A DNA stretch of 64,000 nt from an uncultured Nitrososphaeraceae archaeon (GTDB taxonomy: Archaea > Thermoproteota > Nitrososphaeria > Nitrososphaerales > Nitrososphaeraceae): assembly GCA_963779615.1 (NCBI GenBank), contig CAVZZA010000003.1, positions 1,120,001 to 1,184,000 on the forward strand, given 5' to 3'. Under the pieces are notes generated by a model. The model was not told the DNA's origin. It saw only the letters and a list, made by a program, of their open reading frames with translations, and made no database searches. Position 1 is the stretch's first letter. Each line of letters begins with the position of its first letter. A program made the translations under genes and the position numbers. Below, in pieces: positions 18,994 through 32,514 of the stretch.

Positions 18994-19647
18994 CTACTGC
19001 TGCCTGTCATATATGCGGCCATTTCTAAATGCGATTTTACGCGCCGAGCTAATGTCGCGTAACCCTCGCCTGTTTATTTCTGTTCCTTGCCTGATAGAGG
19101 TACCATGTTCATCAACAATCTCAACTGTGACTTTATCTTTAAAACAGTTTTTCAAAATTTTTGCAATTTGGTATGACAAAGATAAACTGCCATCACCTAT
19201 TCTGACAATTTTTTTTCGGGACTCAACGGCAGACAAAATTACAGATACTTTTTCAATGGCAGACTGCACGGATAACACTGTTACTTTGTGGAATTCAAAG
19301 TTATAGTATAGAATGGATATGCCGATTCTTTTCCCTGGATCAATACCAACAATCAACTGATCGGTGGTGGAACAGCCGTATGAACTCATGAAATTTTGCA
19401 GGATTTTTGCCTTGAAAGAAAGTGGTGATTGCTCCAAATCCGTATCAAGAAAAACATCGCTCCTCTTTACAATTTTCGATTCGTTTAAAGTAGTGATTAT
19501 TATTTTTGCATCACACATGGCTGCTTCCTCTGGAGACAGGGACAGAAAATTCAACTCCAGAGATTTAAGGACACTTGTTATTTTGTAATACGAACGCCCC
19601 GAAAGGGTTGCGACAATAACAGGTTGACAACTTAATAGGTTCAACAT
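18994..19647 (-). CDS. Conserved protein with an RNase H/YqgF-like domain
   Basis: LIVGIDPGKRIGIS...VRIGDG...VDEHGTS...DISSA. Confidence 0.65.
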   Translation of the reverse strand: MLNLLSCQPVIVATLSGRSYYKITSVLKSLELNFLSLSPEEAAMCDAKIIITTLNESKIVKRSDVFLDTDLEQSPLSFKAKILQNFMSSYGCSTTDQLIVGIDPGKRIGISILYYNFEFHKVTVLSVQSAIEKVSVILSAVESRKKIVRIGDGSLSLSYQIAKILKNCFKDKVTVEIVDEHGTSIRQGTEINRRGLRDISSARKIAFRNGRIYDRQQ

Positions 19648-19914
19648 ATTTCTTGTTAAATCCTACCTAAAACAGCAATACAAGACTATTAAAGATTATG
19701 GAAAAATTAGATTGTTTTTAGTGGTTTTGCAGGAAACTGGCATACACACAACAACGCTGTTGTGTACATCTTCAGCGCTAAAACAAATTTTTTCTCAATT
19801 CATACGGGCAGTCTCTATGCCCCTCCTCACCCTTTCAGAAATACCGGTTTCATTTCACATCCGTTGATAGTCTTTTAAAAATGATACATTTAGCGATGAT
19901 CATTACTTTTATTG

Positions 19915-20254
19915 TTAGACGGTCAAATTCAAAATAGCCTGGGCTATGTCACCCTTGGTGTCGGTTAGGGCAGAAACAGCTTTTTCTTTAGACACATTAG
20001 ACTGTTGCATCACTAAAATAACATCCTCATCCTTAAATGAGGGTACAGAATCTATTGCTTTCCTCGATTTCGGTAGCAACAATTTGAAATATGGTGCTAT
20101 CCTTTCCCTTCATTTCTACAACCTGAGGTTTTTTTAGAAATATCTCTTTAGTATCGGTTCTTATAATGACTTCTTCGACCGAGCTTAAATCCTTCATATC
20201 AAGACCCATCCGGTCAAGCATCCTCCTCATATCCCTATTGCCTGAGCGCATCAT
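19915..20254 (-). CDS. nac: Nascent polypeptide-associated complex protein (frameshifted)
   Basis: MRRMLDRMGLDMK..VEEVII; UBA-like tail EDVILVMQQSNVSKEKAVSALTDTKGDIAQAIL in the second frame. Confidence 0.88.
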
Positions 20255-20262
20255 AGGAATCC

Positions 20263-20799
20263 CTATGCGCTTCTACTTTTTATTCCTTCTCTAATTTTCA
20301 CCCCCACACCCCTTAAAAGAGACCTGTCATGGTTTTCTAGCCTTGTGTTGTAATATGAGAAAGGGAATAATGAGCGCCCCACAGCCAAAACATGATTATC
20401 CTTGGGGTGTATTATTGCCACATCTGAGCCATTTTTGACATTATTTCCACATTTATACACATGCTTGACAAATAAGGATCTCCCTTCTGAAACAAATGGG
20501 ATAGCATCATCAACAGGAATTATGCAATTGGGTGTAAAGTTTTCATTTTTCAAAAAAAGGTCTGCTCCGTGAATTGTCAATGCAATACCACCATCTGTTC
20601 TGAAGGTCCCAATCAATTTCCCATTAGAACTAAAACTCTTTATCTTACCGGTTTTTTTTGAGTAGTCAATTCCCATATCCTTTGGCAAAACAGAACTTAT
20701 TTCCCGGCCAAAAAGAAAATTAACATGTGCTGAGATTTTCTGAAATGGATCTATCAATAGTTTTTTTTTCAAAGATTGTTTCATGTGTATTGAATACAA
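20263..20799 (-). CDS. PUA-domain RNA-binding protein (TGT C-terminal-like)
   Basis: SKKTGKIK...FVSEGRSLFVKHV...VLAVGRS...GVKIREG. Confidence 0.8.
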   Translation of the reverse strand: MYSIHMKQSLKKKLLIDPFQKISAHVNFLFGREISSVLPKDMGIDYSKKTGKIKSFSSNGKLIGTFRTDGGIALTIHGADLFLKNENFTPNCIIPVDDAIPFVSEGRSLFVKHVYKCGNNVKNGSDVAIIHPKDNHVLAVGRSLFPFSYYNTRLENHDRSLLRGVGVKIREGIKSRSA

Positions 20800-20894
20800 C
20801 TATAAGAATTATCAGCACAAAAACGGGTTCTGTTGAAACGACAAAACTGGGGGAAATAGAAAATACTAATAAATTACTATTTAAATAAAGAAGC

Positions 20895-21443
<549 letters not shown>

Positions 21444-21450
21444 ATAAAAA

Positions 21451-22056
21451 ATGCCAAGAAAAAAATACGGTTTGTGTTTTTACCTGATGGCTAAGAAAAC
21501 ATGTTGGACAGAGGTTGCGGTACTTAGAATAGGCCACAGGCTTGTCAGAGATGACAGGACAACAACACATGCGATACTGGTGTCAAGGGCTTTTGGGAGT
21601 ACCGCTATGTATATGACTGATGTGGATGAGGAAATAAAAAACACAATCAACAAGGTAAACAATTCATGGGGAGGGTTAAATGAATTTAATCTCAAGATAA
21701 TCGATGACTGGAAGGACTTGGTTAAGGAATGGAAAAAAAACGAAGGCAAAGTCATCCACCTGACCATGTATGGGCTCCAAATTAACAAGGTAATTGAGGA
21801 GGTTAAATCGCTAGAGCAGAAAATTTTGGTGATAATCGGGGCTGAAAAGGTTCCAAAGGAAATTTATTTTTTGGCAGACTATAACATATCCATAGGAAAT
21901 CAGCCCCACTCAGAAATAGCAGCGCTGGCTGTCTTTCTGGACAGGTTATTTGAGGGCAAACAATTTGACAAAAGGTTTTCTGACGGAAAGATGAAAATCA
22001 TTCCTGCAGAAAAAGGAAAAAATGTGATTCGAATGGAAAGCAAAAAAGACGATTAA
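21451..22056 (+). CDS. trm56: tRNA (cytidine(56)-2'-O)-methyltransferase
   Basis: VLRIGHRLVRDDRTTTH, HLTMYG, GAEKVP, NQPHSEIAALAVFLD. Confidence 0.95.
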   Translation: MPRKKYGLCFYLMAKKTCWTEVAVLRIGHRLVRDDRTTTHAILVSRAFGSTAMYMTDVDEEIKNTINKVNNSWGGLNEFNLKIIDDWKDLVKEWKKNEGKVIHLTMYGLQINKVIEEVKSLEQKILVIIGAEKVPKEIYFLADYNISIGNQPHSEIAALAVFLDRLFEGKQFDKRFSDGKMKIIPAEKGKNVIRMESKKDD

Positions 22057-22103
22057 TAATCACACTTGTGAGAACAACCTTAAAAGACATCCTCCGATAA
22101 AAA

Positions 22104-23231
22104 TCAGGTCAAAAGTAGGCCAAGTTTGGATAAGCCTATAGCCTTTTTTATCTCCATGGCGATTCGCCGTCCCATACTCACAGAACTATCATACAACAGG
22201 TCAGAATATGGAGAGCCAGAAACATACAGGTTCGTGCCTGCAACAATCCGGGCGGAAAATTCAAACGCAGTAAAATTGGCATTGCTGTCATATACACCCT
22301 CTATGCAAAAGGGTCCAGGCATACCCGGAGGAACAAGTTTACTGGCAGCGCTGACAAACTTTTCGCCAATAGAATAAACCTCAGGCAACAACGATTCCCT
22401 CAGTACGATGGGAGAATTACCCACTACGGTATACGAAGGCACCAAATTGGATGATAGTTGATATTTTGCTGGAATTCTCCCTATCCCATCAATATCAGTT
22501 TCATAACGCCTGTCAACACCCAATAACTCCAATTCATTTTCAATAGGGGAATAAAAGAATTGCAAATAAACAGGAACGCCATTGGCATATCTTTGTATAA
22601 AAAGCTGCTCCTCTGAATCAATAACGTTGGACTCTACAAGTCTTTGAGATTGCTCCTCAAAACTTTTCCTATCAGTAACCAAAAAGTAACCCTTGCCACC
22701 GGCGGCTCCATGCAATTTAACAATGCACAATCCGTCAATATCATTTTTGGATAGCACCTGTTTGGGGGTTGACAATGAGGATTCATCCATTAATCGTTGT
22801 TTTAACAGCCTGTCAGCCTCCCACCGTAAAATCCACTTATTTCCAAAAATCGGTATTTTGATTTTTTCAAGACTGTCCACAGATATTGAAGACACTAGCG
22901 TCCCATGGGGTATCAAAATTGGATTATGCGCATCGATCAGGTTTTTTTGAAATTCAGGCTTTAGCATTTCCTGAAAATTGTTTAACACAACCAGTTTATC
23001 AATAAATTTAAACCTTTTGTAAAGGGAGACTCTTTTTTCTTCACAAATCAACAAAGTTTGAAATCCCTCATCTTTAGCCCCCTTTAGAACTTGCAGAGAG
23101 CAGTGCGACCCGAGTGTCATTATGCACCGAGGATTTGCAGGATTTGAATGGTTTTCGGTATCTTTAGTATCAACAGCGGCAGCGGCAGAAGGAGCAGCAG
23201 TCATATAACAGATATAGTATTGAAAAATCAC
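22104..23231 (-). CDS. purP: Formate-dependent AICAR formyltransferase (ATP-grasp)
   Basis: TLGSHCSLQVLKGAKDEG, GAAGGKGYF, FEFSARIVAGTN. Confidence 0.92.
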   Translation of the reverse strand: MIFQYYICYMTAAPSAAAAVDTKDTENHSNPANPRCIMTLGSHCSLQVLKGAKDEGFQTLLICEEKRVSLYKRFKFIDKLVVLNNFQEMLKPEFQKNLIDAHNPILIPHGTLVSSISVDSLEKIKIPIFGNKWILRWEADRLLKQRLMDESSLSTPKQVLSKNDIDGLCIVKLHGAAGGKGYFLVTDRKSFEEQSQRLVESNVIDSEEQLFIQRYANGVPVYLQFFYSPIENELELLGVDRRYETDIDGIGRIPAKYQLSSNLVPSYTVVGNSPIVLRESLLPEVYSIGEKFVSAASKLVPPGMPGPFCIEGVYDSNANFTAFEFSARIVAGTNLYVSGSPYSDLLYDSSVSMGRRIAMEIKKAIGLSKLGLLLT

Positions 23232-23513
23232 CAGATTAAAGTTTTATTAAGGAATTTTGATAGCGGCGGTCACCACACAGCCACTACACTAAAAAAAGAC
23301 TCAGGAACGGATGCGAATCAGCATAGAATCTGTCTTTCAAACCATCATCTGAACACAATAGGCAAGACGGATCATCACAATTTTAGATTACTGGAAACCA
23401 AAACAACAAGGTAACAAAAATAAAATAAAGGCATTTTTGAAAATAACAGATAACCCTATTAAAAAAATTGATTTATTATGTTGGTTAAATAAATACTTTA
23501 TACCGTAGTTATC

Positions 23514-24074
23514 ATGTTTGAGAAAGATCACATAATCATCAACAGTGAACTGATTTACAATGGTCCAGTAAGGCTAAGGCTAGACACTTTTAAAGCTAAA
23601 GGAAAAACTTTTAGAAAAGAGGTAGTGGAACATAATGCATCTGTAGGCATAATCCCGGTAATAAATAAAGATGAAATCGTGTTAATAAAACAATACAGGC
23701 ATGCGGTAAACGAATACCTGATTGAGATACCTGCTGGCAAAATAGAGAACAAGGAGAAACCAATAGAAGCTGCAAAAAGGGAGTTGGAGGAGGAAACGGG
23801 ATTTAGGGGGGATTTGACTCCCTTGACTCAATGCTATCTAGCGCCAAGTTATGACACAGAGCTTATGCATTTTTTCATCGCAAAAAACATCCACAGGACA
23901 GACAGTTCACAAATAATGGATGATGATGAAAACATTTCAAGCATGATTGTAAAGATAGATGACGCACTGCAGTATTGTTTTAATGGAGGCATAAGGGACT
24001 GTAAAACGATATCAGCAATACTACTCTATTACATGTCATTTTTTAAATTAAACAGGCAAACTGCTCAAAAGTAA
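23514..24074 (+). CDS. NUDIX hydrolase (ADP-ribose pyrophosphatase-like)
   Basis: KQYRHA...EIPAGK...AAKRELEEETG. Confidence 0.9.
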   Translation: MFEKDHIIINSELIYNGPVRLRLDTFKAKGKTFRKEVVEHNASVGIIPVINKDEIVLIKQYRHAVNEYLIEIPAGKIENKEKPIEAAKRELEEETGFRGDLTPLTQCYLAPSYDTELMHFFIAKNIHRTDSSQIMDDDENISSMIVKIDDALQYCFNGGIRDCKTISAILLYYMSFFKLNRQTAQK

Positions 24075-25320
24075 TTGTCATGTATGTAATTAACAATATC
24101 CTGTAACGCAGGGGGATCGTTGTAATAATTTTCAAGATATAAAAATGCAAACAGATTTGCAAAGCACAGTTTTTCCTCATTTGTAAAGTTTAGCAAATGA
24201 CCAAACAAAAATGCAGAGTCCCACGAGTCCCCGGCGCCGCTTACAATATCAATCTTGGATGGTGAGATTGAATTCACAAACACGGTGTTTTCACCATCGG
24301 ACCAAACAGAGCCCATAACGGTATGGACGCATACATCAATTTCAAAAAAATTAGCCAGAAACAGTGCGGATTTGCCAAGGTTGAGCGGTGTTGCCGGGTT
24401 TAAGCATACCGCTGTTAGAAACAAGGCATACCTTCGGTTTTTGGGAGAGCGCAAATTATTTGAATGCATTCGTTTTCGTTTACGCTTAGGAAATCAATTA
24501 ATTTTGAGTTGTTTTTTAAATCCTTGACAAATTCTAGCCTCCTTTCGCTTATATCAGCAGGGTCTAAGAAATGCAATGAATTTTTAGAATTTTCAAAAAC
24601 ATATTTCAACAAATCGGTTCCCCGTAAATTTGACGCCCAGTTTGTCAAAACCACACCAGACGAGGAACTTAAAATCGACAGCATGTCACCATCACCATCA
24701 CCATCAGCATGTTCAATCAATTCCGGTCCAAAGTTACGGTTATCGCCAACATCACTTAACATAACATTTGAAACAGAGAATGAGGAATTGGAGAATTCAA
24801 AAATAGTCGTTAATCCATGCTTTCCGTTTTTAATGTGCAGGTTTATTCGCGAGCCAAATTTTTTAAAAACGGTGTTCAGAACAGAGCAACCAACTTCATC
24901 CGCAACTGTAAAGAGATCAACTTTTGCGCCTAGCCTTGCAAGGCAATATGCGACATTAACAGCATTGCCCCCTTTTATGTCAACACTTTCAATGCCACGA
25001 ATGCTACCACCCCCCACACCAATTTTTTTGTCTATGGCATCTGTCAAATTTTTCATGTTGGAAATGTGGATAACCCTATCAATAAAAAAATCTGGCAGAA
25101 CGGTTATTTTAATACCTGCTCCGGATTTAGATTTCACAATCTCATTTAATTTGTAATAAATGCCTTTAAAAACGGGAGCAACATCAGATGGCGAGGAAAA
25201 AAGTTGATTGTCACTGCCTTCCCCATCTTTATTTGAATACTCTTTGTCAAGACAAACATGATAATTATCATTGTTGTTGTTTTTTGAATTGCGATCATTC
25301 CCAGAATAATATGTTTCCAA
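24065..25320 (-). CDS. PfkB-family carbohydrate kinase (frameshifted)
   Basis: GGNAVNVAYCLARLG; NENE; SGAGDSWDSAF in the second ORF. Confidence 0.85.
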
Positions 25321-25509
25321 ACTGTAAACTCATGAAACCCATTGTTAATATACATAATATTTTTTTATACACACACACTCGGGTTAATGCAATAGACCTA
25401 ATGGATGTTAAAAAATGAATCAAAAAAACCAAAATCAAAAAAACACAAAACAAAAAAAATCAAAATAAATAGAAAATGGGCAATAAATGGTTAACGGTAT
25501 TTGGGCAGG

Positions 25510-27215
<1,706 letters not shown>

Positions 27216-27337
27216 CTATTAGAATACTATAATTTTTAGAAAGCCCCTTTTATAGTTTTCATAATTATTTGCAAAAATGTCGGTTACACGGTCACTGCTA
27301 TTGAAAAAAATTTAACAGAGCAAACCAATAATTTTTT

Positions 27338-27752
27338 ATGGATTTCAAAATTTACCCACACGCGAAAAAGGAAAGGAAAACAACAGTCAAACAAAACCAA
27401 ACAACAAGTTTCCTCTGGGAGGGGGAAAATGTTTTTTCGACCCCATCCATGATTTCAGAAATGGAGGAAACCTGCAGACTGCTATTAAAAGAGCAATTCC
27501 TCAACAATAGCGTTGAGTTTGATTCTGTTGGAACTTTGGTGGACATAAAACACCTCGCTGCAACACCTGTAGGGGCAGAAATAACGCTATACGCGGAAAT
27601 AATCAGTGTAGGCGATAGCAGAATATTATTTAAAGTATCAGCAAAGGACAAAGTGGAGATTGATCGGTGAGGGAAACCATGAGAGATTTATCATCAACAT
27701 TCCAAGGTTCAAGGAAAGATTCAGCAAAAAAGTGGAAAAATTAAAAGAATAA
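27338..27752 (+). CDS. FlK-like hotdog-fold thioesterase (frameshift near the 3' end)
   Basis: VFSTPSMISEME...SVGTLVDIKHLAATPVG. Confidence 0.85.
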
Positions 27753-27802
27753 AGCACTAGATTTTGCATAAATGTGCTTTAAATCAACAATCATCCCACC
27801 GG

Positions 27803-28693
27803 TCAGTGAAAAAACGAATCCACCATAAATGCAATAAATAACGCGGCAAGGTAAGGACTGCTGAATTTAAAAACAAGCCAGGAAGTCTTCTCACTGGGTT
27901 TTATTAATAACCACAAAGATAGGATCATCATAACGACACCGAAAACAGCGGCAGTCATCAAGTAGATAAGGCCAAATTGATTAAAGAAGAAAGGTATAAC
28001 ACTAAAAACCACCATCATCAATGTGGTTATAGCAATTATTCTCACGGACTTTATTTCGCTTGATACTACAGGCAGCATTGGAACTTTGGCCTTTTTATAG
28101 TCTTCTTTTACATGCAAAGCTAGACTCCAAATATGCGTAGGGATCCAGAAAAAGACCAGGCCGGCCATTACAAAGCCTATTTCTATGTTTTGAAAAGTCA
28201 CTGCAACATAACCAATGAGGGCAGGCGCACCCCCCGAAAAACCACCCAAAATGATGTTGTATTGACTGGTTCTTTTAAGCCATTTGCTGTACACTATGAT
28301 GTTATCAAACAGGCCAAAAGCCATTAGCAAAAATGCCCATATGTTTATAAACCATGAAAAAATTAGCGAAATTGCAGCTAACACAAGCCCAAATGCAAGT
28401 GCATTTTTGGGCGATATTCGTCCTGATGGAATGGGGCGATCTTTTGTCCTATCCATAATGGCGTCTATATCCCTATCATTATATCCGGTAAGGGTATCTG
28501 CAGCGGCAGAACCAGCAGCAACTCCACCCAATAGCAGAATCCATGTTGTCAAACTGATCGGAATGTCAAATAACCATGACGCAGATATAGCTGCCCCAAA
28601 AGCTGTGAAAACCAGCAGATACCAAATTTTTGGTTTCGTAAGTTCATAATAATTTTTAATTTGGTCACCAACTGTTTTCCTCTCTAAAACCAA
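27803..28693 (-). CDS. ctaB: Protoheme IX farnesyltransferase (heme O synthase)
   Basis: YYELTKPK, DRDIDAIMDRTKDRPIPSG, WIPTHIWSLA. Confidence 0.93.
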   Translation of the reverse strand: MVLERKTVGDQIKNYYELTKPKIWYLLVFTAFGAAISASWLFDIPISLTTWILLLGGVAAGSAAADTLTGYNDRDIDAIMDRTKDRPIPSGRISPKNALAFGLVLAAISLIFSWFINIWAFLLMAFGLFDNIIVYSKWLKRTSQYNIILGGFSGGAPALIGYVAVTFQNIEIGFVMAGLVFFWIPTHIWSLALHVKEDYKKAKVPMLPVVSSEIKSVRIIAITTLMMVVFSVIPFFFNQFGLIYLMTAAVFGVVMMILSLWLLIKPSEKTSWLVFKFSSPYLAALFIAFMVDSFFH

Positions 28694-28759
28694 ATATACT
28701 ACTAACCTACCACAATACGTTAATTAAAATAGTTATTTATATCTTGACAGAGCCCTTTT

Positions 28760-29221
28760 TTATTTTGAGATGGGATTTGAAATCAACTCCCTAGAAGTTT
28801 TTCTCATCTCAATAAATGTCTCAGTTTTTTGCACCCCTTCAATGCGTCCAACCTTTTCTGAAATGATTTGGTGCATCTCATCAAGCGAGCGAGCAGTCAT
28901 TGTAACCAGTACATCAAACCTCCCGGTAACCTCGGCTACCTCCCTAACCTCGGGTATTTTAAAAAGCTCATTTAGGACATTATCCCGGAGTTTTGAATCC
29001 ATAGTTATTCCGGTAAGGGCCTTTACATTAAACCCTAAAGCTTCGTCATTTATTATGATTGTAAACTTCTTGATGAGTCCTCTCTTAACTAGTCGTTTAA
29101 TCCTGCTGTATACAACAGAAGAGTTAATGTTAATTTTTTTTGAAAGCCTGGGAACAGAGATACTTGCGTCTTTTGATAGTTCTCGCAATATCTTGAGATC
29201 AAGATCATCTATTCTGCCCAT
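28760..29221 (-). CDS. Lrp/AsnC-family regulator
   Basis: IDDLDLKILREL..RIKRLVKRGLI..EVTGRFD. Confidence 0.92.
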   Translation of the reverse strand: MGRIDDLDLKILRELSKDASISVPRLSKKININSSVVYSRIKRLVKRGLIKKFTIIINDEALGFNVKALTGITMDSKLRDNVLNELFKIPEVREVAEVTGRFDVLVTMTARSLDEMHQIISEKVGRIEGVQKTETFIEMRKTSRELISNPISK

Positions 29222-29318
29222 GAAATTTCAAATATACTAAATTTTCGTGGTTAATAAATGTATTATTTTCATTTTTTTTATTTATTTTTATAAAGTTTAT
29301 TGAATTTTGAAAAAAAGA

Positions 29319-30439
29319 TTACATAATGTTTTTTGTTTTCAACAGTTCGGCTAATAGTACAGCTCCTTTCGCAGAACCCATTTTTTCATTGTGGGTTAAA
29401 AGAACATATTTTATCCCATTTTCAAATACTGAATCCTTTCTTAATCTGCCCACAACAGTAGTCATGCCATCATTAACTTCCCTGTCAATACGGGGTTGGG
29501 GCCGAGTGGGATCATCATTAACCAAAATGTAATCTTTGGGAGCAGAGGGAAGAGCCTTTATTGAAACATTTTCTGAAAACTTTATCATTTGTTTTGCAAC
29601 AGATTCAGGATCAGCTTTTGTGGATGTCTCAACAAAAACTACCTCTGTATGACCATCAGATACCGGTACCTCGTGCAGGTGCAGCTAACCTTGATCTCAT
29701 CAGAAATAATCTCTCCCGGTTGATCACTATATCTTCCAAGAATCTTTTTGGTTTCTATCTGAACCTTTTCCTCTTCCTTTGGGATATACGGTATTACGTT
29801 ATCCAAAATATCAAGAGCCGCGACACCCGGGGAGCGTCCAGCACCAGATAAAGCCTGCATGGAGGTCATTAGAACACTTTTTATGCCAAAATTAGCCATT
29901 ATTGGCTTTAGAGTTATAGCCAACCCTGTGGTAGTGCAGTTTGGCAAAGGGGCAATAAATCCCTGCCATTTGCGTTCCTTTTTTTGTTTATTCAGCAATT
30001 CTATATGATCGTCATTTATTCCAGGAATAAGAATAGGGACATCATTTTCATATCTGAAGGCAGCAGCAGTACTAATAACGGGAACTTGGGTTGCTAACTT
30101 GGGTTCGATTATTTGAGCGGCATCAGACTCGACAGCAGTAAAAATTAGATCAAAATCCTTGGGGTTGATATCATCTAACTTGGATATAACAGTATCACGT
30201 ATATACTCTGGAATCTGTTCACGGTTATGCCATTTTAAAATGCCTGAGTGGGGATCGCGTATAGCATCGATATATCTTTTTCCAGTGGATCTGTCGGAAG
30301 AAACAACATGAGTTAAATTAAACCAAGGATGTTTGTTAAGCGCAACAACAAATTCTTGGCCAACAGCTCCGGTAGAGCCAATTAGTGCAACCTTTAACAC
30401 ACTATAAGCAAATTTAAAACATTTAATAATCCTTTTCAA
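29319..30439 (-). CDS. asd: Aspartate-semialdehyde dehydrogenase, archaeal type (frameshifted)
   Basis: GSTGAVGQ, PNCTT, QALSGAG, PQPRIDR, KGAVLLAE. Confidence 0.88.
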
Positions 30440-30502
30440 ATCAATGCCAATACAAAACTAAAATAATTGCGAAATAAATAAAAAGTCAAGTCAAAGCAAC
30501 AA

Positions 30503-31609
30503 ATGGTGAAAAAAAACGAATTGAATTTTTTTAACTGTCATCATGGGGGAATCCATTCGGTAAAAAATCACAATCTAGTTAAAATCGACTTTAGTTCCAA
30601 TATCAACCCTTTAGGCATCTCAAAAATGGTAATAAAATCCCTTATGGAAAACATAAACTTATCACATATTTATCCGGACCCAGGCTGTATAGAATTAAAA
30701 AAGGACATTTTAAAGCATTTACACAGCAACATTGTTGAAATCGATCAAATAGTTACCGGCAATGGCGCAACCGAATTGATTCACTACTTTGCATCCACAT
30801 TTGTGAAAAAAAAAGTTATCATACCATCTCCGACCTTTTGTGAATACGAGCTTGCATCTAGAAGAAATAGTGCTAAAGTCATTCATTCTCAAGTCAAGGA
30901 GGATTTTCAAATAGATCCAGAATTCATAGTAAAAAATGGCAACAATCCAAACAGCGGGATAACCACAATTTTTTTATGCAATCCCAATAACCCCACAGGA
31001 AAAGATTCAAAAAAACAGGTAGTTGAAATTTTAGAAAAAATTAACGATAAAATTACAATACTAATAGACGAATCATATGTCGAATTCCTAAATGACATGG
31101 ATCATAAAAGGCATAATTTTTTTATCAATTTAATCAAAGAATATAACAATGTGGTAATCCTTCGATCGCTTACCAAAACTTGTGGCTTGGCAGGACTTAG
31201 AATAGGATATGCGGCATCAAGCAAAAAATTAATCGAGAAAATAAACAACAAAGTAATTGCATGGAATGTAAATGGATTAGCTCAAATTGCGGCAAGAGAA
31301 GCATTGAAAGACAAAAATTACTTAAAATCTGCAAAAAGAATAATTGAAATTGAAAGGAGAAGAAGCTTCAACAGGCTGAAAAAAAATAACAAGTTACGAC
31401 CTATCAGCACTGACGTAAATTTTTATTTGATTGAAATCCTAAACAATAAAAACTCAACCGAAATAACAGACGAGATATTAAATAAAAACAATTTGCTGGT
31501 AAGGGACTGCAAAACTTTTACAGGAATGAACGACAAATTTATCAGAGTTGCAATAAAAACACCCAAAGAGAACAACAAGTTATTCAAAGCTCTGGAAAAG
31601 GCCTCATGA
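30503..31609 (+). CDS. cobD: L-threonine-O-3-phosphate decarboxylase
   Basis: HGG, DFSSNINP, CNPNNPTG, RSLTK, GLRIGY; first gene of a cob cluster. Confidence 0.85.
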   Translation: MVKKNELNFFNCHHGGIHSVKNHNLVKIDFSSNINPLGISKMVIKSLMENINLSHIYPDPGCIELKKDILKHLHSNIVEIDQIVTGNGATELIHYFASTFVKKKVIIPSPTFCEYELASRRNSAKVIHSQVKEDFQIDPEFIVKNGNNPNSGITTIFLCNPNNPTGKDSKKQVVEILEKINDKITILIDESYVEFLNDMDHKRHNFFINLIKEYNNVVILRSLTKTCGLAGLRIGYAASSKKLIEKINNKVIAWNVNGLAQIAAREALKDKNYLKSAKRIIEIERRRSFNRLKKNNKLRPISTDVNFYLIEILNNKNSTEITDEILNKNNLLVRDCKTFTGMNDKFIRVAIKTPKENNKLFKALEKAS

Positions 31610-32502
31610 ATTCAAAAATTCTAATGATCCAGGGAACATCATCTGGCGCAGGTAAAAGTCTGATGGTGACAGCGCTTTGCAGGATTCTATCAGACAAAGG
31701 CTACAAAGTTGCACCGTTTAAGTCACAGAACATGTCATCATTTATCTTTCATGTCAACAACACAAATAAAATAATAGCTCAAGCACAAGCAGTGCAAGCA
31801 TTAGGGGCCAGAACAGTGCCAGATGTCAGAATGAATCCCATATTGTTAAAACCCATAGGCAACTATGAAAGTGAAGTATATGTATATGGAGAGTTTCTCT
31901 CAAAAATGAATGCTCAGGAATACTATACAAATTTTGTTCTAAAAAAGGGATTCAAGTTGGTTTTAGAAGCATTCAAAAGCTTAAGGAAAGAAAATGACAT
32001 AATCATATTAGAAGGTGCTGGATCACCAGCTGAAATCAACATTCAAAAATATGACATAGCAAATATGCTTTTAGCTAAAAAAGTGAATACACCCGTACTT
32101 TTGGTTGCGGACATTGAAAGAGGTGGGTGCTTTGCAAGCATATTGGGAACAATTTTACTATTGAAACCAAAATACAGGAACTTAATAAAAGGACTCATAA
32201 TTAACAAGTTTCTTGGGGACAAACACATTTTATTGCCCGCAGTAAAAAGAATCGAATCGGATACAAAGAAACCGGTACTTGGCATCATCCCTAAAATAGA
32301 TCACATCATTCCGTCTGAAGATTCCCTAGATGGCGGGGGTGGCCACACAAAAAATAACAGCAAAAACAATCAAAATAAAAATAAAAATAATATAGGCTAC
32401 ATTGAAGGTTCAGAAATAATCGACAAAGAGATAAATAAAGTTTCTAAAACAATAGGATCTGCATTAAACGTAGGGTATATCTTAAGCAAACTTTTAAAAT
32501 GA
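31606..32502 (+). CDS. cobQ: Cobyric acid synthase, synthetase domain only
   Basis: QGTSSGAGKS, PFKSQNMS, MNPILLKP, EGAGSPAEIN; 298 aa. Confidence 0.9.
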   Translation: MNSKILMIQGTSSGAGKSLMVTALCRILSDKGYKVAPFKSQNMSSFIFHVNNTNKIIAQAQAVQALGARTVPDVRMNPILLKPIGNYESEVYVYGEFLSKMNAQEYYTNFVLKKGFKLVLEAFKSLRKENDIIILEGAGSPAEINIQKYDIANMLLAKKVNTPVLLVADIERGGCFASILGTILLLKPKYRNLIKGLIINKFLGDKHILLPAVKRIESDTKKPVLGIIPKIDHIIPSEDSLDGGGGHTKNNSKNNQNKNKNNIGYIEGSEIIDKEINKVSKTIGSALNVGYILSKLLK

Positions 32503-32514
32503 ATTTGAATAGCA

